Of a stretch of 64,000 nucleotides of DNA, positions 39,675 to 50,830 are shown piece after piece. The notes beneath the pieces were generated by a model, which did no database searches, had not been told where the DNA came from, and saw only the letters and a program-made list of their open reading frames with translations. Position numbers and translations under genes: made by a program. Location: contig CASEGC010000019.1 of NCBI GenBank assembly GCA_949287365.1, positions 2,428 through 66,427 on the forward strand, given 5' to 3'. The number at the start of each line of letters is the position of its first letter. Positions within the stretch are counted from its first letter, which is position 1. This DNA is from an uncultured Parabacteroides sp. Its GTDB lineage: Bacteria; Bacteroidota; Bacteroidia; Bacteroidales; Tannerellaceae.

Positions 39675-40995
39675 ATTCCTCTTGGATTGTTTTAGGCCTT
39701 AGGATATTTATATCCCCTTTCTCTTTATAGATAATACCATCGGAACCTTCAGCTTCTATCACATAGAAATAGACACCAGGTTGCACATATTTACCCCCTT
39801 TCTTGCCGTCCCAACCTTGCGCGGGATTGTTCCAATGATAGATTTGCACGCCCCATCGATTGAATATCCACGCCTCGAATTTCACCAACGATTTGTAAGC
39901 GACCCTAAATTCATCGTTCACGCCAGGCGTCGTACCGGGCGAAAAAGCGTTCGGTATCATCAGATAAGATTCCGACACATTGATTTGGACCTCATCCTCC
40001 ACGGTACAAGTGGTGGTTTGGTCGCTCACCTCCAACTTGACGGTAAAATTTCCGGCTTGATTGAACGTATAATCCATCTCCTCTCCCGTGAAGCGAGCGA
40101 GTACATTCTCCTCCTCTCCTTCTGGATAGATCGTCCAATTAAATAAAGCGGCGGTCGGCGTGTTCGCTATCGCGGCGAATTGAATCGTCGCGGGAGCGCA
40201 CAAACCACTTTTGGACGTATTCATATTAGGGGCTTCCTGCTCTATTAGCAAAGTATCGATATGAACATCCACGGCGGAAGCTTGATATTGGTCGATACAC
40301 GAAGTAATCTCTTTCCCGAAATGCCGGGCGAAATAATCTCCGCTCACACATATTTCCGTATCACACCACGGAGCGGGAATTGACACCCCGAATAAATCGC
40401 CCTCGATAACGGCGGTCTCTTGTTTCGAAACGTAAGCCTTTTCATCGGCATTATATTCCAGCGTATTATAAGTCACGTCGAATTGACGAGGTAATTCACG
40501 ACGAGTCCCCGTATTTGGCCAATAATAGTAAATGGGAGATAACGTGTCCGAACCAGTCAACATCAATCCGCCACAAGGATCGCTATTATCAGAAACCCTC
40601 AAATCAGAGATATTCGGTAAGTATTTGCTGTAATCGACAATCCAAACATAACGAGACACGGCTCCTTCTTCCACGAAATATCCATAGCCCTCCTCCACAT
40701 CATATACCGTAGAGGTCGTACCATTTTGGACGGAAGAAACACTCTCCGCCTCCAAGCGCTTTGTCTTATAACGATACCACTGATGGGAAGAATTGGATGA
40801 GGTATAACTAATCGTCACGTTCTCCATCCCATACACCAAGTAAACCTCTATTCGTTCCGCCGAATCGCCCGAGCTTTGCTCCGCTCTTATCGGAGTCCCG
40901 TTCCCTCCTGTCACCACATATTGGGCATACACGCAAATACACGTGGAAACAAAAGCGAACGACAGCAATATCTTTCTCAAATTTCTCTTTCCCAT
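39652..40995 (-). CDS. PKD-containing protein with gliding-motility/T9SS type-B C-terminal domain
   Basis: IPNAFSPG..GVNDEF, IFNRWG, GWDG, GVYFYVI; PKD-like YTFNQAGNFTVKLEV. Confidence 0.85.
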   Translation of the reverse strand: MGKRNLRKILLSFAFVSTCICVYAQYVVTGGNGTPIRAEQSSGDSAERIEVYLVYGMENVTISYTSSNSSHQWYRYKTKRLEAESVSSVQNGTTSTVYDVEEGYGYFVEEGAVSRYVWIVDYSKYLPNISDLRVSDNSDPCGGLMLTGSDTLSPIYYYWPNTGTRRELPRQFDVTYNTLEYNADEKAYVSKQETAVIEGDLFGVSIPAPWCDTEICVSGDYFARHFGKEITSCIDQYQASAVDVHIDTLLIEQEAPNMNTSKSGLCAPATIQFAAIANTPTAALFNWTIYPEGEEENVLARFTGEEMDYTFNQAGNFTVKLEVSDQTTTCTVEDEVQINVSESYLMIPNAFSPGTTPGVNDEFRVAYKSLVKFEAWIFNRWGVQIYHWNNPAQGWDGKKGGKYVQPGVYFYVIEAEGSDGIIYKEKGDINILRPKTIQEEYDENIQE

Positions 40996-41051
40996 ATTTT
41001 TTCGATTACACGCCAAAGTTAAGGAAATATAAGGAGAATATTCAAGAAATT

Positions 41052-42404
41052 CTATAAATAACGGACCTCTCTACCTCTTACCGCATCATTCACTTGCCCG
41101 TCACTATATGCCAACTCTCCGTTTACGAAAGTCTTCCACACGGCATGATGAAACGTATATCCCTCGAACGGAGACCAACCGCATTTATACAAAATGTTAT
41201 CCTTCGAAACAGTCCAAACCTGTTTGGGATCGACCAACACCAAATCCGCGTAATAACCGGGGCGAATATATCCCCTACGGTCTATATGGAACAAATCCGC
41301 CGGAGCATGCGACATCTTCTCCACGACTTTCTCGTATGAGAAAAATCCTTCCATAGCCAACTCCAACATAATCACCAAGGAGTGCTGCACCAAAGGCCCG
41401 CCCGAGGCTGCTTTTAAGCATGATCCCTGCTTTTCCTCCCACAAATGCGGAGCATGGTCCGTGGCGACGATATCCAGTTGATTCGTATTGATCGCCTTAC
41501 GCAAGGCGGCGCGATCTCGAATGGTCTTGATCGCCGGATTCCATTTGATACGATTCCCGAAACGAGCGTAATCCCCATCATGAAACCACAGATGATGAAC
41601 GCAAACCTCACCCGTAATCTTCTTCTCGCCTAACGGTCTATCCGCATCCAATAAAGACAATTCCTTCTCCGTAGAAATATGCAAGATATGCAGATGGGCA
41701 TTCAAACGAGTAGCCAACTCGACCGCCTCCGCCGAACATTGATAGCAAGCCTCCTCGCTACGTATCTTACTATGAAACGAAATATCCAAATCATCTCCAT
41801 ACAGACTCGTATAATATTGAATGTTCCGCCGAATAATCTCCTCTTTCTCGGAATGAATGGCGATCAGCATACCCGTCTCCCCGAAAATACGCTCCAAAGC
41901 CTCTTTCTTATTCACCAACATGTTCCCAGTGGACGAGCCTAAAAATAATTTCAATCCCGGTACACGATGACGGTCCAATCCATGGATTTCTTCTATATTG
42001 TCATTCGTCCCGCCAAAGAAAAACGAATAATTGGCGCGAGAGACTTCCGCCCCACGGTTCAATTTCCATTCCAAATCCGGGATGGTTGTCGTCTGGGGTT
42101 TCGTATTGGGCATATCCATGAACGAGGTTACTCCACCAGCTACGGCGGCACGACTCTCGCTTTCCATGTCACCCTTATAGGTCAGTCCGGGATCCCGAAA
42201 ATGTACCTGATCGTCAATAACACCGGGCATCAGCCATTTACCGGAAGCGTCAATCCTTTGATTCGCCTCCGAAAGCGCATAAGCGGGGACGTCCCCCTCG
42301 AATACGGCGGCTATCTTATCGCCCTCAATATAAACGGAACCCACGAAAGAACGTCCTTCATTAATAATTCTCGCGTCCCGTATCAAGATTTTATTCATAA
42401 TCAT
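41052..42404 (-). CDS. pyrC: Dihydroorotase (multifunctional-complex type)
   Basis: [40 protein letters not shown]. Confidence 0.9.
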   Translation of the reverse strand: MIMNKILIRDARIINEGRSFVGSVYIEGDKIAAVFEGDVPAYALSEANQRIDASGKWLMPGVIDDQVHFRDPGLTYKGDMESESRAAVAGGVTSFMDMPNTKPQTTTIPDLEWKLNRGAEVSRANYSFFFGGTNDNIEEIHGLDRHRVPGLKLFLGSSTGNMLVNKKEALERIFGETGMLIAIHSEKEEIIRRNIQYYTSLYGDDLDISFHSKIRSEEACYQCSAEAVELATRLNAHLHILHISTEKELSLLDADRPLGEKKITGEVCVHHLWFHDGDYARFGNRIKWNPAIKTIRDRAALRKAINTNQLDIVATDHAPHLWEEKQGSCLKAASGGPLVQHSLVIMLELAMEGFFSYEKVVEKMSHAPADLFHIDRRGYIRPGYYADLVLVDPKQVWTVSKDNILYKCGWSPFEGYTFHHAVWKTFVNGELAYSDGQVNDAVRGREVRYL

Positions 42405-43141
42405 TGTCGTTTTTGAGGATATTTACGGAAAAAACACCACCATTTCAATTGGAGCACGCCGAACAATGCCTCCCCGAAAATGGAGGAATTCATATTAGAG
42501 ACCCCCAACGCCCTATTGATGAATATGATAGGCACCTCGACCAACTTAAAGCCGCATTTATAGGCGGTGAATTTCATCTCCACCTGAAAAGCGTATCCCT
42601 TGAAATGGACATGATCCAAATCGATTGTCTCCAACACTTCCCGCCGATAACACTTAAATCCCGCCGTGGTATCTTGGATTCGCATACCGGTCACCAAACG
42701 AACATAAACCGACGCGAAATAGGACATCAGCACACGGCCTAAAGGCCAATTCACGACATTCACGCCATTACAATAACGCGAGCCGATAGCCACATCCGCC
42801 CCTTGCTCCACGCATGCGGCGTACAGCCTCGGTAAATCTTTCGGATTATGGCTGAAATCGGCATCCATCTCGAATATGAAATCATACCCATGCGCTATCG
42901 CCCATTTGAAACCACAGATATAAGCCGTTCCCAATCCCTGCTTGCCTTGACGCTCCACGATAAAAAGCCGGTCGGGAAACTCATCTCGCAGGTTCTTCAC
43001 GATAGTGGCGGTTCCATCCGGAGAACTATCATCGATAATCAAGATATGAAAACACTTCTCCAGCCCGAACACGGCACGGATGATAGATTCGATATTTTCC
43101 TTCTCGTTGTATGTAGGAATAATGACGATACTGTCTGACAT
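42401..43141 (-). CDS. Polyprenol monophosphomannose synthase (DPM1-like GT2)
   Basis: [38 protein letters not shown]. Confidence 0.9.
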   Translation of the reverse strand: MSDSIVIIPTYNEKENIESIIRAVFGLEKCFHILIIDDSSPDGTATIVKNLRDEFPDRLFIVERQGKQGLGTAYICGFKWAIAHGYDFIFEMDADFSHNPKDLPRLYAACVEQGADVAIGSRYCNGVNVVNWPLGRVLMSYFASVYVRLVTGMRIQDTTAGFKCYRREVLETIDLDHVHFKGYAFQVEMKFTAYKCGFKLVEVPIIFINRALGVSNMNSSIFGEALFGVLQLKWWCFFRKYPQKRQ

Positions 43142-43177
43142 ATACCTCTTTCGTTATAAACATTTATACTAAAGTTA

Positions 43178-43204
43178 TGGGCGATTGCTTCGAACAATCG
43201 CCCA
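43178..43204 (-). terminator. Stem-loop after TonB-dependent receptor gene
   Basis: tgggcgattg-cttcgaa-caatcgccca. Confidence 0.6.
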
Positions 43205-43231
43205 AAGGTATACATTTTATCTCAAAATCGA

Positions 43232-45730
43232 TCAATCCATCTCAAACATATCCGGTCCTTCTTCCCTATTATTATCCGGTCTTTGCGGTTTACGCTTGCC
43301 CATATCACCGAAATTATAGGTCAAGGTGAACCCGAGTCTTCTACCACCCCGCCAGTTCTCTGAGTCCTGCCAGAAACCATCGCCGGAGGTCACAGTGCGG
43401 AACCGGCGCGAGTCCAACAAGTCGCGAGCGTTGATGCTCAGCGTCAGCTTATCTTTCAAGAACGATTTCCGCAAGCCCATATCGAGAGCGTAATTCGGCT
43501 CGCGATAACCTTGCGCCATCAGGCGTTTGGAGTTGTAACTACCGGTGGCTTGCAACGAGATGCCCCACGGCAAGCTGAAATTGGCTATCATACGAGCATT
43601 CCAGTTGAAGCTCTCGTCGGTCTCGCCTATGACCGGAGTCTCCGCGCCTTCCGGCAAATAAGAAAAACCGTCCAGCTTGGAATAATAGAGGTTGACCGTC
43701 GTGGTCAAATCCAAGAACCCGAAAAGGCTGTTCTTCCCTACGATTTCCATTCCGCTCGCCTGCATCCGCGCCACGTTCTCGCTGGTCGTGTACATCACGT
43801 TGTCCGCTGTATTCAAGAAACGGATACGCTGAATCACGTCATCCGTAGAACGATAATATCCGGATAAAGATAACGTGTGGCCCGACTCCCACAGCTTGAT
43901 GTAGTTCAACTCGAAGGAGTGCGAGTACTCCGGGGTCAGTTCCGGATTACCGAAGGAGACGTTCGAGGCATCGGAGATATTGCGGAACGAGTTCAACTGC
44001 CCGCCCCACGGACGACGCAAACGCCGCGTATAATTGATTTGCAACTCATTGTTCTTCGGTAAGGCGTACGAGATGAACGCGCTCGGGAAGAGCTTGAAGT
44101 AATCCTTGTTGAACGCCTCGGCGGGAGCGCCGTTGAACTCCTGGTCGAAATTCTTGGAGAGCGTCTCCACCGTCCAATACTCACCGCGCAAACCAGCCTG
44201 ATAACTCAGGTTACCCCACTTACCGCCATAGGTAAAATAGAGAGCGTGCACGTCCTGATTGTATTTGAAGTTATTGTAAAGGTCCTGATTTTGCTCGATG
44301 GTCTCGGCCGTCGTCCCCTCGTAGGTATCGACGGGACTGGAGTTACGCTGGAACACGCCCTTGTATCCCGCCTCGATCTTGGCGAACTCGGAAAGCGTGT
44401 TCGTGTAGTCCACCTGTGCCTCCCAACTCTTATCATTGATATTATTATCTTGCGTCTGGTAAAGAGGGTTGACCGTTTGCGTCGGATCCGTGTATTGGTA
44501 AGATTGTTGATAAACGCTTAAAGCATCGTTTTTCCATTGGTTATTGCTGAGCGTGATATCGATATTGCTCCGTTCCGAGAAGTCATGGACATAATTCAAC
44601 TCGATGTTGTACATCTTCATGTCCGAATTGTTGTTTGTCGAGCGGTCGCTCGTGTAAATCGTATTTCGCTGGCCATCCGTGGAGACGTAATGGATGTTGT
44701 TGCCATTATCGCCACTGCCCAACATTCCGGTCAGGTTCACGCCAAGGTCGTCATTCTTCGTGATATGCCACGTAGCGCCGAAACGCCCGAACCAGTTGCT
44801 ATGGTCGTTATCCGACTCGCTCGTCTGATTCAGGAAGCTATTGTCCGCCGTATTCTGCCGACTCGTGATGCCACCACCGTTGGAGGCCCGTTTCCGATAG
44901 TTTATGTTCGCGAAAGCGTCCACCTTGCTACTGCTGTAATTGATGTTTCCGCTCGCCCGATAACCGCCATCCGTATCGGCGCCCACCTTCACGCTTCCGT
45001 AATAGCCGGGCTTCCGGTCGTCTTTCAAGACGATGTTGATGATACCCGCCGTACCTTCCGGACTATACTTGGCGGAAGGGTTCGTTATCACCTCCACCTG
45101 CTTGATATCCTCCGCCGGCATCATCTCAAGGATGTCGGCCTGGTTGTCGGAGGTCAAGCCGGAAGCCTTTCCGTTAATCCAAATCGTCACGCTGGAATTA
45201 CCGCGCAAAGAGACCTCGCCCTCGTTGTCCACCTCCACCGAAGGGATGTTGGACAACAGGTCGCTGGCGGAGCCGCCCTCCGAAGAGATGTCTTGCGTCG
45301 CGTCGAACACCTTACGGTCAATCTCGAAGCGCATTTGCGGCTTCTTGGCCACGACCTCCACCTCGCTCAACTGATTGGTGTCCTCGTTCAAAGTCAGTTC
45401 GCCCAAATTCACTATCTGATCATTCCGTGTAATCGATATATTCCTCGATACCTCCTTATAGCCAACGTAAGAGAACGTGACCACGTAATCACCCTTCTTC
45501 AGTCCATTGATAACATATCCTCCATTGTCGCCAGTGATTGAGCCCTGAAGAATCTTATCCGAGCCTTTCGCCTTCACCTGAACCGTGACAAACCCTAAAG
45601 GTCCACCCAGTTCTCCATCCATCACGATTCCTTTTATGCCACCATCTACCGCTACGTTCGCCATTCCCATTCCCGGCATCGCGCACAGCAACGCGCCGGC
45701 CAACAGAATACTCATCTTCCTTTTTTTCAT
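43232..45730 (-). CDS. TonB-dependent receptor-like outer-membrane beta-barrel protein
   Basis: Signal peptide, carboxypeptidase-regulatory-like N-domain, plug LLSNIPSVEVD/VEVITNPSAKY..EG.AGIINI, GNPELTPE, LTYNFG. Confidence 0.88.
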   Translation of the reverse strand: MKKRKMSILLAGALLCAMPGMGMANVAVDGGIKGIVMDGELGGPLGFVTVQVKAKGSDKILQGSITGDNGGYVINGLKKGDYVVTFSYVGYKEVSRNISITRNDQIVNLGELTLNEDTNQLSEVEVVAKKPQMRFEIDRKVFDATQDISSEGGSASDLLSNIPSVEVDNEGEVSLRGNSSVTIWINGKASGLTSDNQADILEMMPAEDIKQVEVITNPSAKYSPEGTAGIINIVLKDDRKPGYYGSVKVGADTDGGYRASGNINYSSSKVDAFANINYRKRASNGGGITSRQNTADNSFLNQTSESDNDHSNWFGRFGATWHITKNDDLGVNLTGMLGSGDNGNNIHYVSTDGQRNTIYTSDRSTNNNSDMKMYNIELNYVHDFSERSNIDITLSNNQWKNDALSVYQQSYQYTDPTQTVNPLYQTQDNNINDKSWEAQVDYTNTLSEFAKIEAGYKGVFQRNSSPVDTYEGTTAETIEQNQDLYNNFKYNQDVHALYFTYGGKWGNLSYQAGLRGEYWTVETLSKNFDQEFNGAPAEAFNKDYFKLFPSAFISYALPKNNELQINYTRRLRRPWGGQLNSFRNISDASNVSFGNPELTPEYSHSFELNYIKLWESGHTLSLSGYYRSTDDVIQRIRFLNTADNVMYTTSENVARMQASGMEIVGKNSLFGFLDLTTTVNLYYSKLDGFSYLPEGAETPVIGETDESFNWNARMIANFSLPWGISLQATGSYNSKRLMAQGYREPNYALDMGLRKSFLKDKLTLSINARDLLDSRRFRTVTSGDGFWQDSENWRGGRRLGFTLTYNFGDMGKRKPQRPDNNREEGPDMFEMD

Positions 45731-45983
45731 TTCCTCCAAAATATCTTAATTCCGTTTTTTCATGATTTTTACTGCCTTTTTGACTACCGCCTATCCAAAA
45801 GGTTTATCACCGAAAATCAAAAAAAAATTTAAATAAATCGACCTCTTCGCTTTCACTTTCGTAGGGAAAAACGCTCTTTTCTAAATAAAGTAAATCCGCG
45901 GAAGCCTAAGGGGAAAAACTCGCGAAAGCCCGTCAAAAACTTTTTCGGCCGCCGGAAAAAACCGTAAAGCCTATGGGGAAAAG

Positions 45984-46069
45984 TCTATCTTTAGGTTGAA
46001 GATATGTATCTTTAATCTGAAGATATATATCTTTAAGCTGCAGATATGTATCTTTAGCCTAAAGATAGA
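45984..46069 (+). repeat. 86-bp palindrome array, copy 5 (phased arms ~45905-46145)
   Basis: tc-tatctttaggttgaagata-tg-tatctttaatctgaagata-ta-tatctttaagctgcagata-tg-tatctttagcctaaagata-ga. Confidence 0.93.
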
Positions 46070-46246
46070 GAATTTGTCCCGTCCGAGAGAAGTTTTCTCG
46101 TGGGTCTCACTGTTTTTTCCCGCCTATATTTTCCTTTTTCTCCGGGGAGGAGGAAACGATAGCGTGAAGAGCGCGATTATTCCGAAACGAATCGGGGCAA
46201 AAATGATTCGTATGTATTAATTTCGCGAACATATAAGAGAATTGCT

Positions 46247-49200
46247 TTGGAAATAGAAGAATTAGTGAACATTTATGCCGCCCATCCCATAGTGACGGCG
46301 GCTGATGCCCTCCTTCGCGACGATAAGGTGCGGGATATTTTCTGGAAAGGACTGAACGGCTCAGGGGCGGCCTTGGTCATCGCCTCCCTGCTCAAGCGAA
46401 GAGGCGGACGATATGTTTGCGTGTTGAACGATTTGGAAGAGGCCGGTTATTTTTATCACGACCTTGAGCAACTCGGCGTGGGCGACGAGGCCTGTTTTTT
46501 CCCGTCGGCCTACCGGCGGGCCATCAAGTATGGGCATATCGATTCCGCTAACGAGATAGCGCGCACGGAAGCGTTATCCCGCTCGCAAGACGCGGAACGC
46601 CCTTTCGTCATCGTCACTTATCCTGACGCTTTGGCGGAGAAGGTGGTGGGGCGAGAGGCGCTGGAGGAGAACACGCTCAAAATCGATGCCGGGGAGAGAT
46701 TGGACCCGATATCCGTGTCCGACGTGTTGGATGGATATGGCTTCGAGCGCGTCGATTACGTCTACGAGCCTGGACAATATGCCCTCCGCGGGAGTATCCT
46801 CGATGTCTTCTCGTTCTCCTACGAGTTTCCCTACCGTATCGATTTCTTCGGGAACGAGGTCGAGACAATCCGCTCTTTCGACGTAGAGACCCAACTTAGT
46901 AAAGAGAAGCTGGAGAGCATACGTATAGTCCCGGAGATGAGCAAACGCGCGCAGGCCGACAATTCTCTTCTAAGCCTTTTGCCGCGGGACACGCTCCTCG
47001 CGGCGAAAGACCTCGGCTGGTGTGGCGAGCGAGTCGGAAGTATCTGGAACGACGAGCCCGTCACGGGAGACGAAGAGTCGTTCGCCGACACCACTCAAAT
47101 GCGCGAGAAACTAATCACGAGGGAAGAGTTCCTACGGGCGGCGGCGAACCTCAGGCGCGTCCATTTCGGAACACGTTCGCCTAAAACGCCGGACGCCACT
47201 ATCCAATTCGCTATGCGGGCGCAGCCGATTTTCCACAAGAATTTTGACCTCGTAAGCGAATCGTTCCGTAAATATCTTGACGAGGGGTACACGTTATATA
47301 TATTAAGCGACCAGGAAAAGCAGACCGACCGTATCCGCACGATTTTCGAGGACCGCGGGGAACAAATCCCGTTCACGCCCGTGAACCGGACGATACACGA
47401 AGGTTTCAGCGACGACTCCTTACGGATATGCCTCTTCACCGACCACCAGCTGTTCGACCGTTTCCATAAGTTCAGCCTACGAAGCGACAAGGCACGGAGC
47501 GGCAAGATTACCCTGTCGCTCAAAGAGCTCAACCAGTTCTCGCCGGGCGACTATATCGTGCATATCGACCACGGCGTGGGACAGTTCGGCGGATTGGTCC
47601 GGACCGAGGTGAACGGGAAGATACAGGAGGTCATCAAGTTGATTTACCAGAACAACGACATCATATTCGTCAGCATCCACTCCTTGCACAAGCTATCCAA
47701 ATACAAAGGGAAAGAGAACGGCGAACCGCCCAAACTGAGCAAACTGGGTACGGGAGCTTGGGAGAAGATGAAGGAACGGACCAAGGCGAAAGTGAAAGAC
47801 ATCGCCCGCGATTTGATACTTCTCTATTCCAAACGTAAGAAGGAAAAGGGTTTCGCTTATAGCCCGGACAGCTTCCTGCAACATGAGCTGGAGGCGAGCT
47901 TCATCTACGAGGACACGCCGGACCAAACGCGGGCGACCGCCGAGGTGAAGGAGGATATGGAGAGCGACCGACCCATGGACCGATTAATCTGCGGGGACGT
48001 TGGCTTCGGCAAGACCGAGGTGGCCATACGGGCGGCGTTCAAGGCCGTGTCGGACAATAAGCAAGTGGCCGTGTTGGTTCCTACGACCGTCTTGGCGTAC
48101 CAGCACTTCCAAACCTTTAGCGAACGGCTGAAGGACTTCCCCTGCAAAATCGATTACATCAGCCGGGCACGCACGCCAGCGCAAATCAAGGCCACGCTAA
48201 AGGCGTTGCAAGAAGGCGAGGTCAATATTCTCGTGGGTACGCACCGAATCGTAGGCAAGGATGTTCATTTCAAGGACTTGGGATTGCTTATCATCGACGA
48301 GGAGCAGAAATTCGGAGTCTCGGTGAAGGAGAAGCTCCGCCAACTGAAGGTGAACGTGGACACGCTGACGATGACCGCCACGCCGATTCCACGTACCCTA
48401 CAGTTCTCCCTGATGGGGGCGAGAGACCTTTCCAGCATCACCACTCCCCCGCCCAACCGGTATCCGGTGCAAACGGAGGTGGAACGTTTCAATCCCGACA
48501 TCATCCGGGAGGCGATAAACTTCGAGATGAGCCGCAACGGGCAGGTGTTCTTCATCAACAACCGCATCCAAAACATCTACGAGATGGAAGCCTTGGTCAA
48601 ACGGGAAGTGCCCGACGCGCGCGTCGCCGTGGGACACGGGCAGATGGAGCCGGAGAAGCTGGAGAAAATCATCCTCGACTTCGTGAACTACGAATACGAC
48701 GTGCTAATCGCCACGAGTATCGTAGAGAACGGTATCGACGTGCCGAACGCCAACACGATTATCATCAACAACGCCCAGCAGTTCGGGCTTAGCGACCTGC
48801 ACCAGTTGCGCGGGCGTGTCGGACGAAGCAACAGGAAAGCCTTTTGCTATCTTCTCTCCCCGCCTCTTTCCTCCTTGACGCAGGAGGCCCGCAGGCGTTT
48901 GCAAGCCATCGAGAACTTTTCCGAGCTGGGAAGCGGCATCCATATCGCGATGCAAGACCTCGACATCCGAGGGGCGGGAAACATGTTGGGCGCCGAGCAA
49001 AGCGGTTTCATCGCCGACTTGGGTTACGAGACGTATCAAAAGATTCTGGAAGAGGCGGTGGACGAGCTGAAGAGCGAGGAGTTCGCCGACCTTTACGCGG
49101 AGGTCGCCGGCAAGAAGCGGGAAACGGGAAGCGAGTACGTGCGGGAAACTTACATCGAGAGCGACCTCGAACTGATGTTCCCGCCCGCCTACATCCCCAA

Positions 49201-49594
49201 CGACTCGGAGCGCGTCTCTCTGTACCGAGAGCTGGACAATATGGAGGAAGAGCGCGACATCCGCGCCTTCGAGGAGCGTTTGGAGGACCGTTTCGGGAAA
49301 ATACCCGAAGAGGGGATGGAACTGATTCGTGTCGTGCGGCTCCGCCGGATGGCCAAAGGACTGGGAATAGAGAAAGTGGTCCTGAAGAAGGGGCAGATGG
49401 GGCTTTACCTCATCAACAACCCGGACAGCCCATATTACCAAAGCGAGATGTTCGACAAGTTGCTGCGTTTCGTGCAAAAACATCCTCGCGCCTGCAACCT
49501 ACGCGAGCAAAACGGCAAACGGAGCATCGTAATCAAGGAGGTGCCTACCGTAGAGAAGGCTTGTGGATATCTGGACGAGATGGAAAAACTATAA
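46247..49594 (+). CDS. mfd: Transcription-repair coupling factor
   Basis: VHIDHGVG (CarD/RID), CGDVGFGKTEVA, DEEQKFG, TATPIPRTL, QLRGRVGRS, TRCF C-terminus. Confidence 0.97.
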   Translation: MEIEELVNIYAAHPIVTAADALLRDDKVRDIFWKGLNGSGAALVIASLLKRRGGRYVCVLNDLEEAGYFYHDLEQLGVGDEACFFPSAYRRAIKYGHIDSANEIARTEALSRSQDAERPFVIVTYPDALAEKVVGREALEENTLKIDAGERLDPISVSDVLDGYGFERVDYVYEPGQYALRGSILDVFSFSYEFPYRIDFFGNEVETIRSFDVETQLSKEKLESIRIVPEMSKRAQADNSLLSLLPRDTLLAAKDLGWCGERVGSIWNDEPVTGDEESFADTTQMREKLITREEFLRAAANLRRVHFGTRSPKTPDATIQFAMRAQPIFHKNFDLVSESFRKYLDEGYTLYILSDQEKQTDRIRTIFEDRGEQIPFTPVNRTIHEGFSDDSLRICLFTDHQLFDRFHKFSLRSDKARSGKITLSLKELNQFSPGDYIVHIDHGVGQFGGLVRTEVNGKIQEVIKLIYQNNDIIFVSIHSLHKLSKYKGKENGEPPKLSKLGTGAWEKMKERTKAKVKDIARDLILLYSKRKKEKGFAYSPDSFLQHELEASFIYEDTPDQTRATAEVKEDMESDRPMDRLICGDVGFGKTEVAIRAAFKAVSDNKQVAVLVPTTVLAYQHFQTFSERLKDFPCKIDYISRARTPAQIKATLKALQEGEVNILVGTHRIVGKDVHFKDLGLLIIDEEQKFGVSVKEKLRQLKVNVDTLTMTATPIPRTLQFSLMGARDLSSITTPPPNRYPVQTEVERFNPDIIREAINFEMSRNGQVFFINNRIQNIYEMEALVKREVPDARVAVGHGQMEPEKLEKIILDFVNYEYDVLIATSIVENGIDVPNANTIIINNAQQFGLSDLHQLRGRVGRSNRKAFCYLLSPPLSSLTQEARRRLQAIENFSELGSGIHIAMQDLDIRGAGNMLGAEQSGFIADLGYETYQKILEEAVDELKSEEFADLYAEVAGKKRETGSEYVRETYIESDLELMFPPAYIPNDSERVSLYRELDNMEEERDIRAFEERLEDRFGKIPEEGMELIRVVRLRRMAKGLGIEKVVLKKGQMGLYLINNPDSPYYQSEMFDKLLRFVQKHPRACNLREQNGKRSIVIKEVPTVEKACGYLDEMEKL

Positions 49595-49651
49595 GGTGAA
49601 AGCCCGCTTGTGGTTCCAACCGCATCAGCATACGTCGTCCGCGGCGGTACG

Positions 49652-49993
49652 CTACCGTAAGCCGTTTTTCCGCAGCAACTCCTCTATCTCCGCGGCGGAA
49701 ACGCTGTCGCGATCGGCCCTGTCATAAATGTAGAGCAGGTCTATCTCGGTCTCGTCCACCGCTATAATCACGTTATAAGTGATGACCCTCGCGCCGCCGC
49801 TCTTGCCCCGTCCCTTGGAGGCGATACGCATACGCACCTTGCGCAGGCCGCCTCCCAAGTCGGTGCCGAGCGTGGGGTTGGCGAGAAGTTCTACACACAA
49901 CCCCCTCACGTCGTCCATCAACGAGCGATAACGTTTGGTCAGTCGTTTGACTTCCTTATCGAACGACTCGGAAGATTTAATCCTGTACCTCAT
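49652..49993 (-). CDS. RelE/HigB-like toxin
   Basis: F.KEVKRL.KRYRSL, GGGLRKVRMRIASKGRGKSGGARVITY. Confidence 0.85.
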   Translation of the reverse strand: MRYRIKSSESFDKEVKRLTKRYRSLMDDVRGLCVELLANPTLGTDLGGGLRKVRMRIASKGRGKSGGARVITYNVIIAVDETEIDLLYIYDRADRDSVSAAEIEELLRKNGLR

Positions 49994-50216
49994 GTTCCAG
50001 CTCTTTAAATAACTCCTCGATAGGCCTTGTCCTACCGGCTTTCAGGTCCTTCAGCCCGGCGTCGATGCCGGCGAGGAGCTCTTCCTTGCTGATATACTCC
50101 GTCTCCTCCCGCTGGCGGATGCTCTCCTCCAGCTTCCCCGCCAGCCACTTCTGGTTGCGGAGCGAGAGGGAACTGACGATTTGCCAAAGGCCGTCTAACG
50201 AAATGGTCGCTTTCAT
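49977..50216 (-). CDS. Putative antitoxin (79 aa) upstream of and overlapping the toxin
   Basis: MKATISLDGLW...SKEELLAGIDAGLKDLKAGRTRPIEELFKEL; TATCTTTG -7 motif upstream (caaagata ~50249). Confidence 0.75.
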   Translation of the reverse strand: MKATISLDGLWQIVSSLSLRNQKWLAGKLEESIRQREETEYISKEELLAGIDAGLKDLKAGRTRPIEELFKELEHEVQD

Positions 50217-50282
50217 CTCTCTTTCCTCCTTGATTTGGTTCACGGTCTCAAAGATAAGGAAAGATTCCGATAACCCAAAACA

Positions 50283-50325
50283 AAATCCCCGGAAGGTAGA
50301 GTCCATGCTCATCTTCCGGGGATTT
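50283..50325 (-). terminator. Intrinsic terminator of HU-like gene
   Basis: aaatccccggaag...cttccggggattt followed by T-rich run on minus strand. Confidence 0.7.
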
Positions 50326-50331
50326 CCAATT

Positions 50332-50775
50332 CTACACCGTGCCCGGGGTCTCCTCCTCTTCCTCCTGCTCCTCTTTCTTGCGGCGGGCGGGGTTGTCCAC
50401 GCTAAGCTCCACGCTGAGGGCGGCGGTACGCATCTTCTGCTTGGGGGTGAAGACAATCTTCGGGGTCTTCAGCGAGTCCGCCACACAGACATCTTCTTCG
50501 GCGTCCATCATCTTCGAGGGGACCACGAGGCGGAGGCTGCCCAGCTCGGCGAGGTCCACGCTCATGCCCATACTCAGCGCCTCGCACACCACGTTGCTCA
50601 GGCTAATCAAGGCGTTACTCACGTCACCTGCCGACAGGAAGGTCTCGCGAACAATGCGATCGACGACCTTTTCGTTGGTCAGCTTCTGTTGCGACTTGGG
50701 ATAGGCGTAATACACCGTCTGCCCCTTACGGTCACCCAAAGGAGCGATTTTGGATTTAACCTCAAACTCGATCAT
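50332..50775 (-). CDS. HU-related DNA-binding protein with acidic tail
   Basis: ETFLSAGDVSNALISL, GMSVDLAELGSLR, KIVFTPK; ends EEQEEEEETPGTV. Confidence 0.85.
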   Translation of the reverse strand: MIEFEVKSKIAPLGDRKGQTVYYAYPKSQQKLTNEKVVDRIVRETFLSAGDVSNALISLSNVVCEALSMGMSVDLAELGSLRLVVPSKMMDAEEDVCVADSLKTPKIVFTPKQKMRTAALSVELSVDNPARRKKEEQEEEEETPGTV

Positions 50776-50830
50776 AACTTCTTTTTTTGTTAGTTAATAC
50801 TCTATTTAAAATCTCAAACAATAATTCTTA

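Noticed and set aside
5515-46247. Arrays as an SOS/DNA-repair box because two precede uvrA and mfd
   Set aside because: The other four precede unrelated genes (GNAT, PHP/receptor, HU-like); two of six is compatible with chance
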